A DNA stretch of 64,000 bases from Elsinoe ampelina. Taxonomy: Eukaryota. The notes beneath the pieces were generated by a model. That model worked only from the letters and a program-made list of their open reading frames with translations, ran no database searches and had not been told where the DNA came from. Each line of letters opens with the position of its first letter. Within the stretch, counting starts at the first letter, position 1. The translations under genes were made by a program, and so were the position numbers. The stretch lies in NCBI GenBank assembly GCA_010093995.1, contig ML992501.1:1456566-1520565 (forward strand). The letters run 5' to 3'. Of this stretch, positions 49,257-59,467 are shown piece after piece.

Positions 49257-51422
49257 GAGACCCCGGAGACTGCTCAGATCGCCGACGAAGTCGCGTGAGA
49301 AGATCACTTCGAGGACAGGGTTCATCAAGCCATTGACGGGGAAATGAAGGCAGTACAAGTGGGATTGGGCGAATAGGATCGCCGTACGACTGAGGTCGAA
49401 TACACACATCCGTCTCAGGAAAACCACGCTTACAGGACTGGCAAAGCTCGCCACCGCTACACCTTCCGCCCGCCGGAAATCGGAGTGGCGGCACTTGCGT
49501 GGCTGGATTTTGGGGCTGTTCCCAGGGATACTCGACAATTCTCCGATGTTGCCGATGCTCTCCGTCGAGCGGATCAACGACTTAACGTTGCCTTTGAGGG
49601 ATGGAAGAAGGTCGCCAAGAGTATGATCGGGAGGGACCCTCCGCAGCCTTACTACATGTCATGATCGCACTGCGCGTACACTTGCGCCACTTTAACAGAT
49701 TCGGTATTGAAGACCTTTCACAAGACTCATCTGCCGATTGTGTGAGTGGTATTGGGCCAAGCGACACTGTGCATCCAGGATCTGATGACGCTTTTACTAC
49801 CACCGACCGCGGAAGAGCTATGAATGAGCGCGACATATATCACTTATCTGTCTTCGGGCCACCTGTATGCCGGAAGTGCGACGGGAAAACATGGCTTGTG
49901 GTTTCGCATGAAGACATATGATCAGAGCAAAGACGCCTTCGAAGTTGAGGGTAAGATATTATCCACGGTCAGTCACAGTCACCACCTCCGTCATGCTTGT
50001 CGAGCAGGAGTGGAGATGCACGCCCGTTCCATCGGACTCTTCCCGCCCTCCAAATATATCCAAAACGAAGTCCTGTTGTTCGAAGGTCTGACCGTGACGT
50101 GGATGAGCACATTGGATCTGGACGGCGTACAACGCTCTCCACGCCGACGTACCGATCTCACATTACAGGTGGCCCGCGATGTTGTCATGCTAGTCGGCGG
50201 AGACGACACTATCAATACTTCGTGGACAGGCTTAAATCTCTGCCATCCTTTCACCCAGGGACTACCGAACAACGAGACGCAGCCATGTTTTTTCTCCGAC
50301 CACGAATGCGACCAGACGGCCAAGGGGACCAAGAGGCCCCATGTATGGAAGGTAGCTCTCACCATGCATCCCGACTGCAAGGACAGCATCTGGCTCTGTT
50401 ACATGTGCAACAGGGCTTGGAAGAAGTCCAGAACAGTCAAACCTCACGACTGCACAAAGGACAAAGGCAAATGCCCCCACGATTGCAAACCTCGGGAACG
50501 ACAAGACGAGTGCCTCTCCTCTACGTACCCCTATTTTCTTGAGTGGATGCCGGTGCGTCGCGGGTACCTTGCGCAGAAGATGATCCGCGCCAGGCAGAAC
50601 GGTACGGGCCTGATGACCTGCATTTGCGATCGAACAATGTACGTCGGCGAGACGCCGCCAGCTGACGCCACATCGGACTCGACGCCGTGTTACCGACTGT
50701 CCGACTGTCCAGAGCCGACATGGGCGTGTACGTTCTGCGAAGGGCCGTGGCGCCACACGCCCAAGAACCGACAGGGCTTGGACGACTGGAAGGCTCAAAG
50801 ACGTCACATGTACACTCTGCATTTGAATGACGACAAGAATTGTATCTGTTCAACGGACACGAATACGGTCGCTGCCAATCTCGCAAACCTCACGCACGCA
50901 AAAGTACCAAAACTGTGCAGAGGTTGCCTCTAGACACTCAAACAAGCGGCAACTGCGCTCAGTCTTGACCTTGACGACCACCACGACGTTGCCGAAGCCG
51001 TGGAGCAGACCAAAGTTCGCCGCGCCGACCCCGACAAACTCAGAGTCGAATTCGCCGAGGCGCCAAAGTGTTCATGTACAGGAGACAACCCTGCCATCGC
51101 AAGACTCTACCCTCTGTGGCCCTTCTCACCTGACCATCGAAGCTCCAGGTTGGTAGCAACCCTTCACATCTCCAATGTCTGCCTTTTCAACTCCAATCTT
51201 CCGCTGCGACGAGGTGTGATGTTGCTGGCGATACGAGCGGACCTTCTCAAACGGAACCCTGCCAAACGAGTGCGTACGAGCTTAACCGGCTGTTTCGCTT
51301 TCGTCCCAACACGACAAGGTAAGCGAACCCCTCCATGCAAAGAATCACATCACGCACCCGTCGCTGGTTCTGCTCATCTGCTGTTGACGGAAGAGTCGGT
51401 CGTTGCGGCTGGTCTGAGGTAA
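49257..51422 (+). pseudogene. Degenerate GIY-YIG-type endonuclease with Cys/His-rich (zinc-finger-like) C-terminus
   Basis: One frame runs about 2.1 kb with in-frame stops at 49296, 49374, 49662, 49743, 49821 and 50931. It contains ATYITY..LYAGSATGKHGLWFRMKTYD, LLFEG, WTGLN and repeated CxxC/CxC motifs. Confidence 0.55.
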
Positions 51423-52034
51423 ATCAGCGCTCCGACACAGCGGTCACAACCTTGGAGACAGAACGTACTGAATGCCAACACATCAGTCCTTTGAAAGACC
51501 TGCCGCATACCGGGCAATGCTTTGTCGACATCAACCACTCTTGGTGATCTGCATGACTTGGGTCGGATAGCGGGGTGACATTGCAGATGATCTGTCGCGT
51601 GTCAGGCTGCACGTGTGAGGCCAATCGGAGTGGAAGGGACGAACGGTCGACATGATGATGTGCTGTGATGTTTTGCGAGCGCTTGGAAATGTCAAATCGA
51701 GGGTGTCGGATGGATTATGGAAGCTCGAAGCCATTTCTCGATGCACAGGCTGTCGAGGTGAGAATGTCGACACCAGTCGAGGCAAGAGCTCTCTTGTAAG
51801 GACTGCCTCGCGGGAGATGACAAGGTCGGCGCCCTAGCACCAAAGCGATGAAGATTGGCCTTGTTCACGCTCCCTACTTTGGCTTACAAGTATACTAGGT
51901 ACATCTTTGTTGCTGTTGGATGTATTTGCATCAGTCATACTGCCTCATCTGAGCGCTCGCCATCGAGCACAAGTCAAGATCATCCACGATCGAGCAATTC
52001 GAAAGCGGACATCATTCACGGCTCACTTATCGAA

Positions 52035-53515
52035 GATGGAAAAATCTCCTGATACTGCCACTGGATTATCAAATCCGCAACTGTCGGTCGACGGGACTCG
52101 ATGATGACTAGAGGTCCATCTACGCCTGTGTCAGCAACGCTCCTGATTACCCACGCCTTAGGCCACGAGTCTGCCCCGGATATCTCGTCGGATCATCACC
52201 AACGTCAGCAGAAGACTTCTTCCCTGCTCGTCATCCTGGAGACTATGAACGGCTCATGATCTACTGCACACGCTGCCGTCCCTCCGGTCGTAAACGAATT
52301 GGCGCCCAATCGACTGTCATAGACGATGAGACTCTCTGCCGAATCAGTCCAGAGGTTCCCGTCTGGCATCATGGACATAATCCTCCCCTCCAATCTCCCC
52401 ATTATGCATTTTGGACCAGAGAGCCGGATATTTCCCCGATGATGGCCTGTTCAGGCGGTCAGTCCCACTTCTGGAGTCCGCCGAGCCCTTCTACAAGCCC
52501 ATGGTATCATTCTGGTATTACATGGCCAATGGAGAGTCCTACCAGATCTGTCGCCATGTCAAATCCCAATTTTCCGGCGGATCTCGGCTGCGGTGGCCTG
52601 ACACTCAGTCTGTCTTTGCATTTCCGGATACGAGCAATGTCCTTACTTTTCAGTACGCGCGTGGCTCACTTCTGAGCCAGACCGGGATCGATTTCCAACG
52701 CCAGCATTCAAGCGTGGCGGGATCGACAAGCGTTCGATGGAATAATGTCGTCGTCTTCATGAGGTAGTTTTGCTCTGATTTGTGAGGTATCGCTCCTGAG
52801 GTCACGTTCTCTCCGTCGCAGCAAGCGCCGCCGTTTGTAGGAGATGATGGGAGCGTCGTCGCTGTCGCTGATTTCAATGATCGCGTTCGCGTCCATGATT
52901 GGCTTCAATATAAGATGGCTGAAATGAGTCTGAAAGCGTTAGCGTTCTTGTCATTCGTGTTTGAGTGCATGTCACTCACGACGGTTGAGATGGGAATGAG
53001 AGGAGCCGACTGAATGCTCAGTGATTGTTTAACGGGTCAATTCAGAGGCCAGAGCTTGTACTGGGTCGTCCAAAGAGTCAAAGATGCAGATGCTGAGACA
53101 TACTGTGCTGGTGGTCGAAGATGGTCCAGATACCGTCTTCCTGGAGAATCTGTAGGACGTTCGCGACACTCCTTCACCGACAGTGCAATCGGTCACATAG
53201 GCGCTCGCAGGACTGTCTAGCTGGTTGTCTCTCATTGTAACACGTAATGAAGACAAGATCATGGACGTGCGGAGAGAGACATCGTTGAATCCCCAGAATG
53301 GTTCGTAAGTGTTTTGACCTGTTTTGAGGAGCCTTTCAATGACCGGCATGAGGATAATGGGTGTGGGATTCGACGGCACCCGATCTGTTCCGGTGGTCGC
53401 ATGGCGTGGCTCATTAGGACCGCGTATGCCATACAAGCCCACTCTCTGGCCTCGTGACAGAGTGGCCAGATTGAAGAGTGCCGAAATGGCCATTGGTGTC
53501 TACAGAATATGTTAG
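52035..53515 (+). pseudogene. Fragmented coding-like sequence of unknown identity
   Basis: Coding-like frames (e.g. YERLMIYCTRCRP..., 52411..52767, 53100-53515) broken by TAG/TGA and frame changes; no recognisable domain. Confidence 0.3.
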
Positions 53516-53767
53516 AAATGGATCGAGCGGACTCACTCACATGTTTCCCCAGGAAACTTGGTGAGCTCGTTGTAGTCTGCGGTGTTGCGGAAAGGGGCCT
53601 CTACGGACGAGGCGAGATATTCCTTTCGATTCTGTATTCCAAGAAGTGATAACTGCGAGCTCGAAGCCGATGAGTCAGCCTCTTTCCTTCTCCTAAAGAA
53701 AGCCTCGAGCGTTCCGCATCTCTTCCACATTTGTCCATTTCTCACCAGATTGAACGGACCAGCTGCG

Positions 53768-55154
53768 ATGGAGAATCCTCTCTTCAACTTTGATACTTCT
53801 AAAGTTCCACTCGACATCACTATCTCCAATAATACGCTACTACTCAGCTACGATCCGAGCAGTGATACGTATCGCCCTCTGCGTGACGCTGGGCGCCACA
53901 GCCATCAGGGCCCATCCAGGTATTCTTCGCTGGAAGAAGACCCCTCGCCAGAAGATCTGACTTTGATTTCTCACCACCAGAGGACGACTTCAGCTTCTCA
54001 CCACCGCTCGCCCCTGGCACTTTCTCTGTTAGGGAAGATGCCCTGCCCGCTCCAGTCGACCTCGCCCCGGATGCTCGTGGCACTCGTTACATTCTGATCA
54101 GATCATACGCGGAACTGAGCGACGAGGAATGTAATAGGATAGAATCCCTCGGGGTGGCAGATCTTGTCGAAGAAGACGACAATATCTACGTAGGGATATA
54201 CGAGCAGAATGATCTTGATGAGCTAAGACGACTGGATTTCCTCGCATACGTGGACGTGAACCAGAGATTTTTCAAGATTAGCGCCGGGCTCCGATACAGC
54301 GCGCGTACTAGAAGAGTCGTTGCGGACGGCACATCCTCAGACTCCACATCTCCGGCTCCTGAGGCTTCTCACATCAATGTCGCCATCGGATTTTTCCGAA
54401 GACCCGTCTGGGGGCCTGGACAGGTATATGATCAATTGATAGCGGCAGGCATAATTCCGCCCGAAACCATAAGACCGACTGGCGACATCATCCACGCAGT
54501 GGTGGCGTTGAGACATCTGTCTCGTCTTACTCGATGTGACAGCATCCAGTGCGTCCTCGACGATTCCGGCATGCGCTTCGACAATAATCAGGTTCGCGAA
54601 GTGATCAGTAGTCCAAGCAATTACTCTGCAAACTCTCACACTGGTTCGGCGTTCAATGGTGTTGGTCAGGTCATACACGTCTCCAGGGTTTCGGGCGTGT
54701 AAACGTCAACGGAAGTCTCTTCGTCATTGAGGCGGAATGTGTTGACCCATCTGCGCAGAAGGAGGGTGGGTTCGTCGACATCCCCGATCCAGTAAAGAAC
54801 ATCCAAGAGATCGGTAAAGGGTCTGAACACAGCTACACCATCGACATTACCGCAGCAGACGGGCCATTCGCGCCCACTAAGAAGCTGAAAGCAACGCTCA
54901 CCTGGCTCGATCCTGGTAACAAGAAGCTCGTCTACCGTCTGGGACTGGCTGTGATTTTGGGCGGCAAGCGCAGACATGGTAACTTTGGTCCCAAGAAGCA
55001 GAAATCTCCATATGTCTACGACGAGGACAACAACGTGCAGCAAGTCATTTGGGATCCTGCACCATCGGGGACTGCAACCATCATTGTCAAATGTCTGCGT
55101 CTGCCGAAGGGTACACGAGGCTGTGGGTATGCGTTGGCGTGGAGCTTGGAATGA
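53768..55154 (+). pseudogene. Subtilisin-like S8 (KP-43-type) protease gene lacking its catalytic domain; frameshifted
   Basis: N-terminal ITISNNTL, then DARGTRYILIR...YVGIYEQNDLDELRRLDFLAYVDV prodomain and FNGVGQVIHVS (start of the catalytic domain). This abuts, in another frame at 54684, QGFGRVNV...LKATLTWLDPG...RRHGN...DEDNNVQQVIW...YALAWS* (C-terminal beta domain). No D/H/S triad motifs are present. Confidence 0.75.
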
Positions 55155-55782
55155 GTGCTTGGTCTTTCTCCACAAGATCACTGGTTCACGATGGCGTTTT
55201 GCGGCATAATACAAGGAAGTTTGCAAAGGTCCATGATGGCAGCAAGGCGTTGGCTCAATCTGGGAAGGGGCTTGCAGTCTTGAGCGATCATACCCCATTC
55301 TGCGTGATTGCGGCAGCAGGATATACTGCTTCAATGGAACATTGACGATAGTCTCGATTCTTCACTCAAGAGGAGTCAGCGTTTTCTGGTAGTGCAACGA
55401 TTCTGAGGAAGAGCAAGTAGAAACGCCCAGCGAATCGTGACTGCCACCAGCGAATACAACCTCTTATGGTCAAAGATCCGTTTGCATTAAAATTCTAGTG
55501 CACCCACCCCTGATAGTCCTTCGAAGTGGGACTTTCGTGCATGCCATGCCAGGCAATTGACGATGTTTCCTGTGTTGGTAGCAGTGACCGATGGATGGCG
55601 ACAAGCAAGTACATCACGCCTTGTTGGGTCACCGAGGAAAAGTTTACTTGAATCTTGCGTTGCTTCTTCCGTGATGAACTTTGTGGTGTGAAGTCTGCAC
55701 GATGACTCCGCACTCTCCTATTCTACATCTTCCAGAGCGCCAACTCCACTAGCGACACGACAGAATCCTACCAGCATGCAAC

Positions 55783-56559
55783 ATGGAGAAAGTGTACGTA
55801 CCCGACCGCCCGGATTCGGACGACGCAACCCATCCAGTCCTCCCACCAACAACCATTGCGCTTCACCGTCGGGTCCTCCATCTCGTCCAGGATGGTGACA
55901 AGATAGCTTACACCCCATCACTCGACCCAAGCCGCTACCGTTACGCCAAAGTCCTCACGCCGGCCAACAGCGAGGCGGTGTGGCGCTGTCTCGTCCCCGT
56001 TCCGCCATCCGACGACGCAAGCTCGAGCCGGTACATCCACATCAAGACGTGGGCAGCCCTGGAAGACTTTGAGGAGGACGACCTGCTGGCGCTCGGAGTC
56101 GAGGTGCTTCAAAGGGTGGATCATCAACAGACTTACGTCTGCATGTACGAAGGGATAGATCTCGGCAGGATCAGGGAGTTGCCGTTCGTCTTATACGCCG
56201 ACGTGTATCAGATGTTCTTCAAGCTCAGGGGAAGTTTCAGGCACGTGGTAGCGCATCACGATGGTGTGAGAGCATCTCCGTCGAAAGTGGATGTGATCGT
56301 GGATGTGCACAGGAAGCCGACGTCGGCGAGGTGTGAACTGATAGTGAGGCTGTTGCGAGAGGGGAAGTTGGTGCTGAAAGAGGTGCATTCAGAACACGGA
56401 TATTTCTGCGGTGAGATGGCGGTGGCGGATCTGGTGTACTTGGCAGAATTCGACTGTGTAAGGCAGGTGGAGGGGTGGAATCGTGAGGACATCCGCGAGG
56501 TTATTGCACGAGAGACGGTAAGACGGGAGGCGCTGGCCGAGCTGAAGGACAGGCACTAG
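55783..56559 (+). CDS. Intact 258-aa protein consisting of only the S8 (KP-43-type) prodomain
   Basis: DASSSRYIHIKT..LLALGVEVLQRV..TYVCMYEGIDLGRIRELPFVLYADVYQMFFKL..VDVIVDVH..LAEFDCVRQVE aligns by eye to the prodomain of the upstream copy. The ORF is uninterrupted from ATG to TAG. Confidence 0.7.
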   Translation: MEKVYVPDRPDSDDATHPVLPPTTIALHRRVLHLVQDGDKIAYTPSLDPSRYRYAKVLTPANSEAVWRCLVPVPPSDDASSSRYIHIKTWAALEDFEEDDLLALGVEVLQRVDHQQTYVCMYEGIDLGRIRELPFVLYADVYQMFFKLRGSFRHVVAHHDGVRASPSKVDVIVDVHRKPTSARCELIVRLLREGKLVLKEVHSEHGYFCGEMAVADLVYLAEFDCVRQVEGWNREDIREVIARETVRREALAELKDRH

Positions 56560-57140
56560 ACTTCGTAATAGAACTTGAAAGGTCGGAAATGCTGTCGCGA
56601 GTTGAAGGTATCGGGTAGTGACCCTTGCCTGCCTGTAGCTGTATTCAGCCGGAGCGTGGAGAGCCGCTCCTGAAACGGGCGACACGGCGAGAAGTAACCT
56701 GCCAGAATCCCCCGACCAATGATCGGGCAATTGTAGCGAGCGTGTCGGCGGCGTGGTTCGTGGCGTATGGCAAACAAGATCATGTACGACCCAAAGGGCG
56801 GTCAACGTGGTACAAAACGACCAATCGAGACCGGATCCTCAACAAGGTGTTGTCGGCTTTTGACAATCACGGTGAGTTTGGGTGAGATGGCGACTTTAGT
56901 GAATGTACTTGAGTTCCAGTCTGGAATTCTGACTCAGCCATGTCTAGACCAGTACAGGCGCACCTAGAGCGAGCCGAAGGACGGCTCGTATGCCATTCTA
57001 TGCAAAGCGCGATGAGAGGCAGACGGCAAATATATGTACACGCCCAAAAGTAGCGGCACGTCAAAGCGGCGGTGAATGTGCTCGCGACCAGTCTCAGAGG
57101 AATGCTAGTAATCGACCGGTGCCACGCGGCGCCATGCATC

Positions 57141-57202
57141 GAGATGGCTAGACATGCATGGAGATGGCTAGACATGCATGGAGATGACTAGACATGCATG
57201 GA
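57141..57202 (+). repeat. 20-bp tandem repeat x3 with internal palindrome CATGCATG
   Basis: gagatggctagacatgcatg x2 followed by gagatgactagacatgcatg. Confidence 0.92.
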
Positions 57203-58532
57203 TATTGTCCGGGATGCAGTGACGAGTCCAACATCCGGGGAGAGTGGGGCGGTTGTTATCGGAAGGCGATACCGAACCAGCCCTGACACTGCAAAAGATG
57301 CTGGGGCCTGGGGGTGGGACTTCCTGGGGATCAAACAAAATGGACGAGAGTCAGGTCGGTCTGGGGAGGAAAAAGGCGGAGGAATGTATCGAGCCGAGGA
57401 AACCGAGGGGAGCGTGGGTGGGTGAGAGAAGGCCTGAGGAAGCGGGAGAAGAAGGTGATTAAGTTGGATCTGAGACACTGGCAGCTTGGGACTGACTCTT
57501 GGAGTGGGAAAGTGGGAGAGTGGGATGTCATGTACTGTGCAACCGTGGCGGGCCGAGTGTAATGCATGAGAAATGCAGGAGGTGAGCCTTGATAGTGATA
57601 GCGAGCTTTGCGAGCAATAAAGGTCGTGAGGCTGCCATGTCCGTCCAAGGGATTTTTCACTCGCTTTCCAACTCATCACCGTCGTACAGATCGTCAGCCA
57701 ACACATCGATACAGCAGACCTTGTACATCTCTAGCCAACTAGAGCATTGACGCCTCCAGCCCTCTGACCTGATTTTAGCAACTTGTTCCAAACATCTCCG
57801 CAACCCCCAAACACGTGGAATTTCGGCTCATTTCCCGCGGACTGGGGCAGATCAAGGAACTTGGAAGTGGAAAAGAACCCCATCACCAGGTCTACAGCAC
57901 ATTGATCACCGTCTGCACGCACACGAGGGAACGTGTCTTCATTTCCGGACCTCAGAAGAGAGGTAACTTACACACAGTCCAAGGACAAGGGGTTGTTGGA
58001 AAAATAAAAACCCTGGATTCCCGCTCAATCTCGCCCCTGACATCAGACGGACAAACTTGATAAAGTGACTTTCTCAGCCTGTCCTTTTTATCACATCAAA
58101 TCTCACACTCACCCTCGCCTTCAGCCCGTCTCATCTTCTCCTCTTAAACGCCCAGGTCGCACAGAACTTCCAGCCCAGCCGATCACTCCAAACCAGGCTC
58201 AAACGGACACGCGGCGCTACTTTGACCTCTCAGTCCAAAGCCCTTTCGCTGCAAAGACCCGAAAAATACAAGTTCCTGCGCTCGGGTTATTCCCTGACCT
58301 CTACCAAACTCTGCTCGTCTTTCTCGAAAAGGCTCCCAAATTTCCATCACCTCTTCAACCACGGTCACACCGCGCCACCCAGAATTAGAAATCTTTGACG
58401 ATTTTTTCTATCAGTTCAAATATTTCGACATCCAACGTCAGATTTTCTTCCATCATCTTACCACCACCCATCTCACTCCAGCATCACTCCTCGTCACCAC
58501 CGACACACTATCCCACCACCACAATCATCACA

Positions 58533-58802
58533 ATGTCCTCCTCATCAATCCAATCACCAATCCCAGTCCGCCCACAACTCATCCCCTCCCTCTCCACCGA
58601 CTCTTTCAACGAAGACCTCGCCTCCGCCTTTGCACAATCCAACTCGGCCCCCCGCGTCCCCGACCTCAACATCCGCACCCCAAAGCAGACCGACTGGGTG
58701 CCCTGCGCCCCTCCCCCTTCGCCCATCGACTCTGCCCTGCTAAGCGCAGGCAGCAGCTCGTCATCGCTACACATGGCGACGGGCAAAGTCAACGGCCGCT
58801 AG
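58533..58802 (+). CDS. Small Ser/Pro-rich hypothetical protein (~89 aa)
   Basis: ATG in a CACAATG context after a pyrimidine-rich leader, C-ending codons, WVPCAPPPSP motif. Confidence 0.5.
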   Translation: MSSSSIQSPIPVRPQLIPSLSTDSFNEDLASAFAQSNSAPRVPDLNIRTPKQTDWVPCAPPPSPIDSALLSAGSSSSSLHMATGKVNGR

Positions 58803-59467
58803 GTCAATGAGGTCGCGCCTCACTTTCTTCTTGCGACTTTCCTTCTCAACATTATCAGTTCGGCGCAGGGCAAGCATCACTGGCGTTATTCCCCACTGGC
58901 AACCGACGACGGTTCAACTCGATTTTTTTTTCTGGGCAAGTCTACTTCGGCATCATACGGGTCATGGGATGCTTAATCGGCAATCTCTCTTCGCGCGTCA
59001 GTCTCAGTCTCCGCGGCTTTTTTCCTATCTGGCTTTTCTTGGAGTTTGTAGTGGAGGGTCCTATGGGACCTTGTCAGGCTGGGAAAGGGCAGGCTTCTTT
59101 CACGTGCTGGGCGATGGCAGGCAACAGCTCTGCAGGGCTGGAGGTCCTTTGTGGGACCGGGGTCCAAGGTAGCCAGTGAATGTACATTTTACCATGCTCT
59201 TGCGCTTGTATCACTTTCACGTGTGAATCAGATCCCTCTTCATGACCATCGCCATGGCTAGAGCTCGTTCCACGAGGTATTCCCGACCAGCCGTCATGCA
59301 GGTCGGTCGAGGATAAGCTTATATCTCCGTCACTCACTACGCAGCACGCCATGATATCGCGCACGAACAAATGGCATTCATACATGTCTTGATCACTCCA
59401 AATCAGAACCACACTTCCCGCGCTGGAACACAAAAGATCGACCCTCTTCCCCATCTCCCCTCTCCCC

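Noticed and set aside
53768..56559. Gasdermin/HET-Q-type protease cell-death locus
   Set aside because: No gasdermin-like ORF is recognisable nearby, and the protease remnant resembles the KP-43-type S8 architecture.
57141..57202. CRISPR-like array
   Set aside because: Head-to-tail repeats without spacers, eukaryotic context, no cas genes.
47300..57700. Starship, DNA transposon or retroelement
   Set aside because: No tyrosine recombinase, DDE transposase or RT motifs, and no terminal repeats seen by eye.
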